DNA of 64,000 nt, taken from positions 40,176,001 through 40,240,000 of the forward strand of contig OZ365111.1 of assembly GCA_977030845.1 (NCBI GenBank), written 5' to 3'. Made by a program: the position numbers and the translations under genes. Shown here in pieces: positions 1-13,800 of the stretch. Each line of letters begins with the position of its first letter. The stretch's first letter is position 1. This stretch comes from Fimbriosthenelais zetlandica (taxonomy: Eukaryota). A model generated the notes under the pieces. The model was given only the letters and a program-made list of their open reading frames with translations, searched no databases and was not told where the DNA came from.

Positions 1-386
1 TGCCTTTCTCCAATCCAATCTGTGTTTGTTTATTCAGTGATATCAGTTATTGATCTATTATCGCTGGGGACATCGCTGGCCATAAGAGGGTTATCACCAG
101 AGCTCGGGCATGACTGGAGGAGAGGAGGGGAATATATCTCCTTCACAACCTTTTCTTCTGATTTGACTGGGTATCATTGTCTGCAAAGTGAATATCACCA
201 GAAAATAGTCCAGGTCGTCCATCTCTCTTTATCATTCCACTAGACCTGTTGTGAACTTGGCCTTTGGAAGATAATTTGTCATGGTGTGTTCCAGATAGAT
301 GAATATAAACCTTGTTATAGTACTATCGACTGGAGAGAGTTAATGCTAAAGATTAGAGCAGACTAATTGCATTTTTTTAACCTTAA

Positions 387-536
387 AGCCGGGACTACAC
401 TGCTGCGATTTTCTTGGCGACACAATTGCAACAAAGGTGATGCTTTTGTCGCAAAGGAAAATGTACCTTGAACACCCGACCAACTTTTTTGCGAGGCAAG
501 TATCGCAAGCAAAATCGCAGCAGTGGAGTCCCGGCT
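387..536. mobile_element. Non-autonomous DNA transposon (MITE), PIF/Harbinger-like
   Basis: 26-bp terminal inverted repeats with 1 mismatch (AGCCGGGACT[A/C]CACTGCTGCGATTTT at 387-412 and 511-536). Flanked by TAA and TTA. No coding capacity. Confidence 0.85.
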
Positions 537-1957
537 TTAGTTCTATGGCTGCTATAGATTCTTTACGATGGTTATGCTCTCATAAATTCTGGAGGCCCCT
601 CGTAACAAATATATAGGGTGGGTTTTTTTTCATTATCAAAAATCTCAGGAATCGTAACATCATGTTAATAGTAGCATCTGCTGAAAGATTAGTAAACGAA
701 AATTGAACTGAAATATTGATATACTTGGAGCATTTCTCAAGCTGTCAACACCTGTGACTAAATCATAAAGCTCATACAAGTTTATTGCCACATACTAGTA
801 TTGAATCTCGTATATATGGAAATTGTGAGGTCACTAAATGTTAATATTCAAACACCCTGGGGCAAATTATTCAGGGGTCATCGCATGGTGAAGGGGCACA
901 TTGCCCTCAAGTGCTCCTTTTTTCTGCCCCTTGCAACATCCACCCCCAAACCTTGTGACATCTAACCTCTAACATGAATTCTCTTGGGGGAAGGGTACCA
1001 GACCATCTCAGACCAACCTCCACAAACAAAATCCCTCCAAAAGAGCTGTTGTATTTAACATCCAAGCAACAGTTCTAAATACATTTTGCATACTAGCGGC
1101 ATCATGATTAATATAAATTTCCTGGTTCAATGTGGCTCTTCCTTGACTTTTCTACCTGTTACATATGGGTAGCATGCACTGCTCAACTAACTGGATGATC
1201 TCTGTGTTATATACTGTAATAGGGGTTGCGTGTATGGCCCTATTCGCGGCATGAATTGGCATAGATCCTAGTCAAGACTGACTTATCCTGTTAGATGGAA
1301 TGGCATCTCGAAGAATCCTACCATTGCATGTGATGTCATGTTTGAAGTACTCACTTGCAAAGAAGATTTACGGTATGAGTTGACTATCAACTCCGGAGAG
1401 GACATTCATTCGGAAAGAGCAGGCAATAAAAATTATCATACTCAAGAACTATGAGTTTTGTATAAAAAAAAAATACAAAACTCATTGTTTTTCAGTTTGA
1501 TAACTGAGTTTGACATTCTGTGCATGAGACCACCAATTGTGTAACCCGAGTATAGTTGGGACAAGTGGACGATGTCCCTTCACTTGTCTCCTGTGTGGGG
1601 TGGCCAGTTGTAGTACCTCTCATTAGTAGAACTGCCTTGATTGACCCACATCTTGTTTCTGGCACCTCTGACTGTGACCTCTGTGGGACAAAAACGAGGT
1701 GATTATGATGCTAATCAGGCCCGGGTATCAAGCAGGGACTGTCTCTGACTCGTGGGGCAGCTCGGGTTGTTAGAGCAACCCGCATGGTCCATGCCAACTC
1801 AACTCATGCTCATAATCCAGCAGCTGGCTGAGGTGAGTAGAGCCAAATGAACGACATTACCACAGTGCTGATTATAAATTGAATTGCCAGAGAACTAGCT
1901 GTAGTGTTCGGTGGAAAAAAACATTGCTTTTTGTTCAGACCATTGTAACCATGAGGA

Positions 1958-2028
1958 ATAACAAATATTATATATTATAACAAATAATATTATATAACAA
2001 ATAATATTATATATTTCATATATATTAT
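1958..2028. repeat. AT-rich minisatellite (ATAACAAAT(A)ATATTAT-type, about 3 imperfect copies)
   Basis: Imperfect tandem units visible directly in the sequence. Confidence 0.75.
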
Positions 2029-3849
2029 GAAAAGGCAACATTTTCACTCATGTGCATTATGGTTACATTGGCCTTTCCATAATTTATAATGTACAGAAGA
2101 GTGATGGGTGAGGAGAAATGCAAGACTATTGCATAAAGCTTAATGTAACCTTAGTTGGTAATAAATGAAGGCAGTAATAGATGGACAAGATGAATGAAAG
2201 GAGTAACTGACATTTTCATCATAGTGTATCTTCATAGATGATAATTGTTGATGCACAAAACATTTGGCACAAAGGATCAAGCAGCACCTGCTTTGGCAAA
2301 GAACATCTAATCTATGAATTTCCAATTGTGATTCCACCATTACGTGACAAATGACCTATCTTGTTATACATTCAGATATTTTACATAGAGATCAATTAAA
2401 GTTGGGGAAAAAAGATGACAAACAAGATTAGTGTCAGACTGATGTATTGCATATATATTCTGTTAGACTCAGTTGCATCACTCAACATCTGTCAACAGTA
2501 CGACAGAATTTCTCATGGTTATATATATATTCTATTATTCAGGGTGAAGCAGGCGGAGTAGAAAGTGAGAGATGTTATAACCAAAACAACCGTGGGACTC
2601 CCGATTCATTATGTCCACATCCATGAAGAACTACTAGATCTCAAAGACCGGCAGTCTCATTGTTTTGTTTATTGTCCTTTCTCACATTTGCATGAATAGG
2701 TTGACAGTATCTGGAGCAGGTACTAAATGTCAGAACCTTCCGACAAATGTCATGCAAAAATGCTGTGCAAGGCACTAAAACAATGGCCAAGACAGGAAAA
2801 CGTGTTACTTGCTTATGGAGGAAATTCCCTATCAGCAATGTAACACAAAGGTCTCTATGTATAACAATTGCCTTACAGACAGTGGTCCTATATATGGCAC
2901 TTAACGAGTTATTTCCATATTTATCGGTGATGATTTAATAATGTGGTTATTCAGTCTTTAATTCACTCGATCATGCTTTCTTACTTCTTCTATACTTATT
3001 GTTCTCCTTTCCTCAGAGATATCAACAATTCACTAAGGCAGTTCAGTAACGAAGCCACTTTCTAGAGATACAGTCTCTATATTGCAAAGAACGCACAGTG
3101 AAGTGGTCATCCGTACTCTGGTTCTCTTCCCCATATATTTTTTTGCTCCTTTCATCATTATTAACATCAGAGTATAGCGCTGCATAGAACACCTTCCCCT
3201 AAAAACATTCTATTCCACAGGCCTTAGATGATTCAATTCACACAGTGGACCTATTACAAGCAATAATAAATCTCCTTTATAATGTCTTATGGAGCATAGG
3301 TGGTATATGTTTTTGTCTAGCAAACGCCAAGTATTATGGTGCTTTTAAAGGCACCGTCCCCATGATATAGAGACACTGTGGTATACATTATGCATTGGCA
3401 ATCTAAACTATTATTAGCTGATGCATAAAATGGTTCTTTGTCGAAGATATATATCTTTGACCTGTTACCTTACCATGTTCTCATCCCAACTTTGTAATAT
3501 TAGTATAGATATAGATAGAACTGACTGAGAAGTCGTATTGGTGGCCGGTATGCCCCGAGTAGATGGAATGGAAGGGGAAACCCACTGTTGCAATAGTCAG
3601 AGTTGCGGGTGTAGGCATTCTCCCTGTTTGAAGATTAATTGAGACTGTAAGTTAATTTTTGAATTTTGAATGTAAGAAATTAGCTCATTTAATTGTGCCT
3701 AAGCTGGAATAAAATTAAGCTGAGTCCTTTTTCATCTTTATAAAGGCGAAGCATAGGAAAGACAAAATTAATAATAGAATTTGGCTCTCTTCATGTATGC
3801 AAAGGAACAAACGGACAGCCAAAGTACTGTTAGCAAATGCCTTCAAACC

Positions 3850-5400
3850 TAAGGCAAATCCATCAGAAACTTTCTAAGTTATTTTAGGAAAATGTTCCAT
3901 AAATGAATTAGGAACGGAAGAAGCGGCTGTCAAAGAATATTACAAATAATCGGAGGACCGCCATCAAGTAGAGCGTCTTTTTCTTCCTTGTATTTAAGTT
4001 ATTAAGCTGACATAAGATGGCCTTCTAACAACGATTTAACATTTGACTTGATCCAATTTGTGGCCTTGTAATATCTCTGCCTTCTGGGGAGCAGGGCTAA
4101 GCAGCATTAGATGACATTCAGATGCGCTCTTTCTAGACTATCACAAGAATAGTACATTGCCATTGTTAACCTTTCACGTATTGGTGAACCAAGGTTAGTC
4201 AGTATGCAGAAAAAAGGAACCCAATAAAGTTTCTGTTTTTCCAAGCAGGATATCAATTCTTCCGATCGTTCATACGAAGGAAGTTCCCTCGAGCTACTTG
4301 GCCTCAAATGTAACTAATAAACCGACCGCTGAAGAGTCAGATTAGTAACATCTGGAGAGACCCAACTATCTGAGAAATTTCATTAAACTTTGCCAGAAAG
4401 CTTCCGGGAATTTCAGATGAAACTTTCCACGCAAACCATATATATGCGCTTCACAAATCAGAGCCAAAATCAAAAGAAATTAGCACTTTCCAATGCTAAA
4501 GAGCCTGCACAAAACCGGTCGGTCCACTTAAAGATATCATCTCAACACACTGTCCAGAGGTACAACTTTTTACTATAAATTAGAGATTATTGAAAAATTC
4601 CTGATAAGCCCTCATGGCAATAGGAAGAAACTGATGGCAAAGTCTGGTATGTGACCAAGGTGGCATGTCCAATACAACGCTTGGTACCAAGAAGGCAATT
4701 GACAATTGAAGGAAAAATCTTTATTGCATTCCTCAGGGCTGTAGATTTCAACCGGCAGCATTAAGGAACGTCTATTGAAAACTTCTGTAAGTTCTCGAGA
4801 CATCAGGAAGTTATCCTGTTGTGTATGGGTCAGATAGACAGCCGAAGACGGATTGAAATGATTTATATACAAAAGGTGAAATGAATAGATGTACTAGAAT
4901 ACTGCACCTTCAACATATAAAGCAGATTCAGGATGTCAATGTTCATGTCAATGTTTATGTAAAACAGAGACCAAAAGCTGACCGTAGAAAAACTGAAGTA
5001 AACCAGTGTGATATACTATAGACTTTTAAAATCTGGACTTTGTGCTCCATGCACACCCAAATGAATCGGTTCAGAAATACAATAAGACCACATCACTGAT
5101 GGACATCTTCGATGTAAATTATGTTATTGTTGGTGGACGTTCAATCAATAGGAAGCTTTTTCCATCTAATTTCTTATGCACGGCCACATCCTATTGAATA
5201 TGCGGGGAACAAAAGAAAGGCCGAAGCGTCTGCTTCCTGTATAGCCAGTTCATAATTACTCCGCTTTAATTATGGATATCAGAGAAGCGATTTGATTAAG
5301 ATGCTAATGAGTTAACTGAAAACACGAGAATCTCTTCACATCACTTCTGGAGGCCTACGTTTCGCCTTATTTCACTGACTTCATGGCAGGATTTCCACAG
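3850..5400 (-). mobile_element. Decayed Penelope-like retroelement (reverse transcriptase relic)
   Basis: Minus-strand translation gives PLE-RT-like motifs in the expected order, with stops and frameshifts: SFI*NSRKL...WVSPDVTNL (4424-4338; cf. SYIKNS..F...LVSFDVxSLFT), LISCL...LTNLGSPI...SLERAHL (ORF 4107-4307; cf. LL.xCL...GxAMGSP...LExxAL), LKYKEEKDALLD (cf. KFTxExE...LPFLD). A hammerhead-like motif sits upstream. Boundaries are approximate. Confidence 0.6.
5348..5397 (-). ncRNA. Degenerate minimal type-I hammerhead ribozyme-like motif (probably inactive)
   Basis: Minus strand reads TGGAAATC-CTGCCATGAA-GTC-AGTGAAATAA-GGC-GAAAC-GTA-GGCCTCCA. Helix I pairs 6/8, helix II is 3 bp, helix III is the palindromic ACGT type. 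The CUGAUGA core is disrupted (CUGCCAUGA). Confidence 0.4.
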
Positions 5401-6664
5401 TCACGAACAATGCAGTAAACACCAGTGGATGATTCAGTCCAATCTTTTCCTTCCGATCCATTTTAAAACAGCCTCCCATCTGTCAACAAAATGACACTCT
5501 TTGTTTCTTCTCAGTGGCCAACTTAAACCGCTTAGTCTCTTCTTATCAAGCAGGTTCTGCAACAACCCGGAGGATTTAAAAATAAACTAGTGTTTGCACG
5601 TAGGCGGCTCAAGGAAATTCCGAAAATACATGTATCGATTTTGTGGTCAGGAAAAACCTCGGAATGGGAGATGAAGTAAATGAATGTAAAATCCTAGATG
5701 TGATATAAAAAGCCCAGATCCTGCATTCCCGTGCATGATTGGCTTGGTGTGTTTTTAAAAACATTTGTTTAGGTTTAACTCCAAACCTGCGAAAATTGCT
5801 GAGCTATCTTTTTGAAGGGATTTATTATTTGATTCAAAATGATGTTGACAAGGTACGGTTTTCAATATTTTGCAGTCAATATCACTTGTAAATAAAGTTC
5901 CACATCTTTCCATTTGCATTAACAATAACAAGGCCTCGAGTAAATCATCTAAATCCTATCTAAGATGTCCAGAAGGTATTAGCGTGCAGCTTTTATCAGA
6001 ATGTTCTCTTCATCCCTCAGAGGATTGTAGCTTTTCTCATTATCGTCCATCTGATCAGGGAAGATAAAACGAAAGGTCCATTGATGATTAAACGATTTAA
6101 TCAGGAAGCCTACCTGTAGGACTTTTCATCTGACAGATTTCAATGAGAGACAGACAATTATCATAGATGGATACTTACTTTCCTGGCTGCAAGTCCAGAC
6201 ATTGTTCTGTCGTGAGGACCTTCTAGTAAAAGGATTATATCCACTTATTGTGCTCTAAGTCTGGTGAGTGTCTACATTATAAGAGACAAATCTCAAGTGT
6301 CTTCAACTATGCAAACATATCAGTTAACTAAAGCTTTGTATTGGGAAGTGGCAGAAAGAAGCTAATGGATATGTAGATTGAACCCCTGACACTGCACTAT
6401 AATAGGTGTATCAAGGTATTTTTATCTTGCGATTTGTGTTGCAATGCCTGCTTCCCTTATAATTCACGTTTCTTGTCGCAACAGTAATAGCTTTGTGCGC
6501 TGGGCACTTGTGAGTTTTTCAGTTTTTGCGAGTTATAAGTATATTTACCGATCTCTACTCCCGTAATATAAGAGGTACCTCCTTCCACATGTATCACATA
6601 CGACTCTGAAAGTAAAATCGCCGCACTTGCAAGGCAAAAACTCCTATTTTCAGTGCAAAAATTT

Positions 6665-6709
6665 CCCATATAGACTTAACATTGCTAAAGCTTGTTCTGA
6701 AACAGGCCC
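6665..6709. mobile_element. Right-hand half of a CWG-type MITE (family of 18795-18863)
   Basis: CCCATATAGACTTAACATTG core followed by TGAAACAGGCCC|CTG terminus, matching the complete copy at 18795-18863. No left TIR found. Confidence 0.5.
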
Positions 6710-7005
6710 CTGAACTAATGGATGAGGAATGACATTGTCGACATCTATAGATATGTTATGATGCATATTAAAATGATGCAAAATAACAAGAATTTTTTCT
6801 CCTTTTTAATACACGGTTCAATACATCAACAGTACATTTACTCATGTCAGCGGGATGAATGGATATCACATACATCCGCCATTCAAAAGTACCAAGGACC
6901 TTTCTATTAGAAGCCTCTATTACTATGACCAACACAGGGTTGCCATGAAGGTAATGGTCAGTAATAAATGACCAGGCATCAAAAGATCACTGACCTAAGT
7001 ATATA

Positions 7006-7655
7006 AGCCCCAGTCACACTGTCACGAATTTTACCACGAATCATCACGGATCAGCCTTCCTTGGCCATCCCTGATTAAACGTGGTCAACCGTAGGTGACA
7101 TCCCTCATCATCCCTGGTCATCCCTAGTCATCCCTAGTCATCCCTGGTGGTTCGCCAAAGTCTACGATCTTCTACGAAAGTTTTGAAATGTTCAAAACTT
7201 CCGTAGCCACTCCACGATTCATTGACGGATGAATCAAACCTTAGTGGAAACTTAGCTCTTCCCTTCTAAACCCTAGACCCTCCCTGCTAAACCGTGAAAC
7301 ATTCGTGGTTATCCCTGGCCTTCCCTGAAGGTCCCTACGGCCTGGTTGGACCGTCAGAGTTCGTGAGAGTGTCGTGAGGCTACCGTGATGATACTTGGTT
7401 ATAACCACGGACAACCGTATACATATCGTACATGATCCCTCATTTTCCCTGACAATTCCTTCATGAAAACGTACTAAAACGCTGCAGAACTTGATGAAAA
7501 CGTAGCAGATTAACCAGGCCCTCCTTGATTGATCCGTATTACAATTCGTGAGTGTGTGACTAGGGAGCCAATATACCACGGTTCATCCGTGGTTCATCCT
7601 TGGATTATAAACCGTGGCAATCCGTAGCTTCATTCGGGACAGTGTGACTGGGGCT
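7006..7655. mobile_element. 650-bp non-autonomous DNA transposon, PIF/Harbinger-like
   Basis: 24-bp TIRs with 1 mismatch (AGCCCCAGTCACACTGTC[A/C]CGAAT). Internal TCATCCCT(A/G)G tandem units near 7100-7150. TA on both flanks. No transposase ORF. Confidence 0.9.
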
Positions 7656-10449
7656 TAACGGGGCAAACCATTTGAATGCGGGAAAACGGCTGTGGATGGT
7701 ATATCCTCGTCTGCGTTAAGAGCACAGCTAATGATCAAGAATTGAACAGATTAGCCCAGGAACACAACCATCGAGAACTGCAGGCCATCATTGATCTCAC
7801 TAATGGGATACATCATCAATGGCTGCTCCAAGCTCATAGACCTCGACTGAAAGTATGTCGTGAGCACTCAGTACTTCGTTATTATCTTCTGTTTATATTT
7901 GGCCTCATCAGTCTTTGATCCAATAGAAAGGTATGTTTTAATGGGCTGGCAGGAATAATCAGTTTTAGCTTATACCTCGCAAAATAAACCGAGTGACAGA
8001 TATATTTCATGGAATGAACTGTATAATTGTTGCGAAGGGTTAAGACATGCATGCAACAACAAAATAATGGGCTGGCATTCCACAAGGGGAAAAAACTGCC
8101 ATGCCTTTGTCTCCGATTTAGTTTTTATACCGTACTTGTCTGAAGCCTTCCTCATAATGAACTGTACTGGTATTAGATAAAAAGAACCAAAGTACAGAAC
8201 ACATTGCCTCCTCACTGGCTCTAAGTCCCGTGCTAACGATAGGGGTAGAATAGAGCATGTCCCACTCGCAGCGAGGCAATTAGTGAATAATTGCCGCTGG
8301 TAAGAGCCGGTGTTTTTTCCTTTGTCCATGAAAAACAATACCATGAGAGACAGTCATAAATACAGAGGATCTAACATGCATCTACGCGCGGTGCCTCCCA
8401 CTCATCTGGACTTCTCTCAGCTCGTGGCCAGGTTAAATCACTAGAGATCCCAGAGCTCTGCCGTCTGGAAAGGTGGCTTTGTGGTCAGGGGTCTCCAACA
8501 ACCTCCTAGATCAAGGAGCCTGCTAGCCTTGTATCTTGGATCAGCATCAGATCTGAGGCAGCCTTTTAGTGATCTCTAATGGTGAGGATCTCGAGAGAGG
8601 GTCGCATGTGTCGGAGCCGGGGAGAAGGGGGTCAGACTCATGGGAGCCCTCGGCCAAAGAGCTACCAGCCAATGCCATATGATATTGCTTTCATGTTGTG
8701 TAAAATGTATGCTCAACGTGCGATGAGCCAATTGCTCATATATATATATATATGTGGTCATCACACCCACTGACAAACACATAGATGTTGAAGTGCAAAA
8801 AAGGCAGTTGTAGGTGGATGGGCGTCGTCCCCTATAGTTTAGATCAAAGTAAATCAATTGCATCCATTTTCCTGATTAAAAAAGTTTTGGTAGCCTCCCT
8901 TTTTACAGGATAAAAACTGAACACTTCAATTTACAAATAGCACATTTTCATGACCCTGAACACAAAGGAAGAGTAGAAAATCAATAGTGACGTAACAGGT
9001 AATCAGGTAGGTGTCTGGAAGCAAAGAGAACCCAATCTAAAGCCTGTAATAATCATTTGTATTGCGTCGAAACCAATTTCCATACTAATGACTATATCAA
9101 CATTCACAATGCATATGCAAAAAGATCATTATGTGAACTGCCTGATGAAAAGTCTCAATTTATTCAAATTACGTGCTTGTCTCTGCTCCTTTCAATGACC
9201 TAAAAAAGAACAATCAGTTCATATTTTTTAAATGCAGCGTTTCAGTCCCGAGGGCAATTTTGGCTGTCCATCTTTACTCCTTCGATGAATTGGCAGGTAT
9301 TTCCCATTGCCTCAATTAAATTTTAATGTCTGACATTTGCAAAAATGATCACATTCGAGGGAAATAATCTCATTTGCAGATTTAAAATGGATATTTAAAA
9401 TCTGAGGTTAATTAACGAAATTCGCCCTAGGTGAAATCTGTATTTATAATAAAAGGTTCGGGTTGATGGGTTTTCTAAAATTGCAGCAACAGTACAACAA
9501 GCCATCAGAATGGGAGGCCCTGCAAAATGTTATGTGAAGTTTTAGGACCATAGCTTTGAGGGAGTACCTTAGCATGTTTGCAGTTGGCCTAGGGCTGGGT
9601 CATTCTCAGGGTCTTGTCATGTCAGCCATGCCCTCTTGTCACTGAGGCGGTAAATCCCATGCATAGCTAATGCCACAGAGGAGCAAGGTTTTTTTTTCTA
9701 GCATCGCCTGCCAACAAGATCTGGCAAGCCAAGCATTGTTGATACAAGCGGGATTGTAGGACCAGGGCTTGGAGATGTTTCCAGCGGGAGTCTAGCTAGA
9801 AATATTAGGAGGAGAGGACCCTGGAAGTTGGCAGTAGGATATATATACAGAGGTCGCGGGGAAGTAGAGAAATATTGAGAAGGTAGAGGGAGCATGAGGT
9901 CCCCAAGCTCAGGATGTTTGCTATCTAGATGCCTCCATCACCAAGAGTCATGTTATAAGTAGATATTCCGAAACATACTAAAAGAACAGTATTCATCTCC
10001 CATTAGGTATAAGAGGAGTAAAACCTTCCCAAACTGGCTTGCAGAAATTTAATTAATTTAATTTGCAGAAAAAAAAAGTACTTGAAATACAGAAATTGTG
10101 GTTTGTTGGTCATGCTGCCCGATGGAATGTGCCTGTTCATTATTATTTTGTATGTGACATACTATTCCATTGTACCTGCCTTAAAACGGCAAACTCTAAA
10201 TAGTTCTATATGGAGAACATCAAGATCATGATAATTATTATGTTCCTATATCCCAGATGCCTATCAAACCTTCATAAGCATTCCGAAACAGGTCACATCC
10301 AGAACAAAATAGAAAAATCAGAGTGAATTTGTCATGACTGTCCAGATCCAATCTATAGAGCTGAGCCGTCAGCGACCCGGGCAAATCCTGTGTCACCGCC
10401 TAATGACAACTACGTGATTTCACTATCAGTTATTTCCTCTGTCCATCAT

Positions 10450-10827
10450 GCCAAAGCTTAATTTACTACCCAGATATGTGGGACCCATGCAAAGACCAGA
10501 CCAGACCATTAGGTTAACAGTAGAGACCCAAGCTGCCTTGACCGCAGCTCAGCTCTCCCCTGCCCATATATATAGGGGCATACGTCACCATCTACCTCAG
10601 ACCTGCCTTTTCACTGCTCTGACAGAAGGAAAAGGAGCTTGAGGTAAATTGTTCAGATCAATAACAGTCTCGGCGGAAAACTGCATCATTAAACGGCAGC
10701 AAACAGTTTTCCCTACCCTCCAGCCTTGGCTTCTTGATGCTCGTTGACCAGAGTATGACATTAAACGACAAGTATTGCTCGTTATTCCACTGACTGCCAC
10801 CCTCAAGGTCCCAGAGGCAGAATCCAA
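10450..10827 (-). mobile_element. Possible highly decayed CR1/L2-type LINE RT fragment
   Basis: Minus-strand LRVAVSGITSN...SG...QG resembles QRVxVxGxxS...SGVPQG. Downstream motifs are only weakly recognisable. Confidence 0.25.
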
Positions 10828-13800
10828 AAGGGCAGCATTTCTGTAACAATGAACTTCCTCCTCATCAGCCTGTCTTTTGTCTTTTTTTTATTCACCAGAC
10901 TAAATTGCAAGGCTGGCATTCATTGGATCGTGATAGGAAGTAATGGAAGGATATATATCAAATTGCAGCTCTGGCTTCAGGCAAGAGGAAAGCAGACACT
11001 GTTTTTTTGTCACTGAGAACAGCACATACCTTAGCTATAACAATGGGTAAGATAAATTATGATATCATCAACCTGTCAGCCTCAGGGCAGACAAGTTAGA
11101 TCCATTTTTTCAGTCAGTCGACCGTGCAAAACTTAGATATATATATGTACAAATATTAGTGTTTCTCGAATTAATTTTGTTGGGGAACCAGTTACAATGA
11201 AAATTACAATGCAATAAGGTATCTTTTTTAAATCCAATATTAACGTTCAATACTCTCAGGAAAGCTGATAAAACCTGTTGTTGTAACACTATACTCAAGC
11301 AATCTGCGGGGGCCATTGATACTGTGCATTACTACCTGCTGGTAAACTGCTTGAAGGTGCCTGGCATATCAATGCACCCAGGAAACTAGATCAATTCACT
11401 TGAAGGCCTCTGCTATAAGCAGAAGCGAATCATAGTATGAATTTGACATGAATTATTCTTTGCACTGATCACTGGAGTTCCATTTAAGAATAGACTCCTT
11501 TGGAAAGCATGAGAATATCCTTGTTAACTTCGAACGCCAAACTCCTATAGACGAGGCAGTTTGATGTATGTCTCTTGCTTGATCTCGTCATATAGCTCAT
11601 TATTTATGAGGAGTGGGGAAGGAGACTGCTTGTATTGGTTAGGTTTATGGGAGCCCAGTCCCCATCACGGGAAATGGGAGCCAGAAAAGCCATTTATCAC
11701 CCACTTTCAGAGTGACCCTAAAATTAAAAGGGCCATTATTGGCGATTACGGCGATTGCTCACACAGCACTGGGACTTGTAAGCACAAAATGCACAAGCCA
11801 AATCAAATTTGAGCTGCAATAACATCATATTTCATTCCGACGTTGCAATAGTCAACATGCCGTACATAAAGGCTGTTGGAAATCTGTATCAAAATGGATG
11901 GATACAACTATTACAGTTATCTAAGAGACTAATGTTTTTTCATAGATGGTGTCCATTTTATATAATTATACTCATGGTCCATTTCCTTGATATGAATCAA
12001 TGTCATTTTTATAATGCAGAGATCCGATGACAAACAAGGTTGATGAATCCCCGAGCATAGCAGAGATAGTCTGCAGAATTCATTAGACGTCAGTCTGTGT
12101 GCATGGCTGATGGCTGGATGTCGGTGAATAATCTTACCATCGGGACTAAATCACAGCGGACGGATGGCTTCACTTTGACATTTGAGATAAATCGTAACTT
12201 GCCCCGAACTCACTGGGCCAAGTCTTGCATGACACTTGCCAGATACAGAAGTGGAGCTGAAGAACAAGGCAGAAGTGTATAGCAGGGCCCAAACTTGAGC
12301 TCCTCATAGGCACTCACGTTAAAACAGATTTGAGCCAGTCGCTCCCCGTGGTAGGGAACGAGCGATGGAGTAATCGCATCAGGGTGCACAATCTAGCCGG
12401 GTAGGTCACTTGGCCCCATGCCTTGGGGTGAATAATACCATAATAAAATTATGCCTGGCCTTTTCCAAGTTGGTTCCTACTACACAGCCAAGTGACACTG
12501 TGCTTAATAGGACACAAGTGGTGCTTTTGCTGTCTCATATAACTGAATCAAACCGGGTAGTCCATCACGGCGAGAATGTATACTAGTCAGGGTGAAACAG
12601 AATGCTTATATACAAAGAGGATGGTGTTTCTTGGCATGTGATAGAGGCAGGGGTGTAATATTTCTGCTACATCATCTCCCGAGACAATCCCAAACCACAT
12701 CAGAACATCACTAACGATAAGCATGACCTGGTTGATATTGCGGTGTATGGCAGAGATGACCTCTTTGATCCAATCATTGGAAGGAGTGGATGTGATCAAT
12801 AGAAACAAATAGTGGCTTTATATATGTCGTCCCTCGCATAATCTATTGTTGGAATGATGGGTAGATAGTTCTTCCTGAATTTATCATTATTTTGGTGACT
12901 GTATATATCATGTCAAATATTGTTCTGGAAGGAGGCTAGGTCTATAATATGTTGACCGTTTAGTCAATGAATTAGGAGTTTGGGAGGAAATTCTTGATGT
13001 AACTGACATTTTTTTGCTAGGGATTGGCAGAATCATCAGGATTAATTAGCACACTGAAGCAACTATATAAAGTAGGTCGTCACACTTTTTTTCCTTTTCA
13101 TTAGGCTGTGATAATATATGCCGTTTTTATATATGGACCATGATATATAGAGACATGTTATCACTATTCTTGCCCGGAGGATGATCTCTACTCTTCCTCT
13201 CGCTCCAATTTATGTATGCAGAAGCACGTTTCTGGCTATATTACATTGGAGAGATGAAGTGTGAACATAGCCTCAAGTGGCTCATTTTGCTGCAGCTCTC
13301 ACCAGCTCTCTATGACCATACACTCACGTGCAGGCAGCAAAAAAGTGGTCAGGAAATTGTTTCAGAAGAAGGAGACAAGGCATTGTGCGTGACTTCAGAT
13401 GGAAATCCGGATCCAGGGCTAAAATTTGTCTTCATGCATGCTTCTGTAGGGAGCCCCGAGTCAAATCTAGATGGATTTAGATTCTCCTGACATCACTATG
13501 CTACGCGATGAGGCATAGAAGAAAGCGGATGCTCACGGAGTGAAAGAAAAATGGAAAGGAATTCCATCAGGAGTCTATATTATGGCTGTTGAAAAAGTAA
13601 AATGTCATCGTGGAACTGGGTGTTCCTGTTCATGTTCCAATGGCGCCTGGGGTTATTGCTTGAAGATGTAGCTGTCATGACACGAAGTAATAACGATGGC
13701 ACCGGTGACTTATTTTGGGTGTTTTAAATTAATATCTTGACAGCAGCCTTCTCTCCGGACATTCAGCATCAATAAATACCGAATAATTATTCCTTTTATT

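Noticed and set aside
4330-4680. Plus-strand RTE-like motifs (e.g. GRN*WQSLV)
   Set aside because: The minus-strand Penelope-type motifs are longer, collinear and partly in one frame, so they explain the region better.
5059-5092. LLYF*TDSF, reminiscent of a Polinton polB YxDTDS motif
   Set aside because: Isolated short match; the flanking translation shows no other polB motifs.
7241-7579. 112-aa ORF inside the 650-bp MITE
   Set aside because: No transposase or Myb motifs; derived from internal short repeats.
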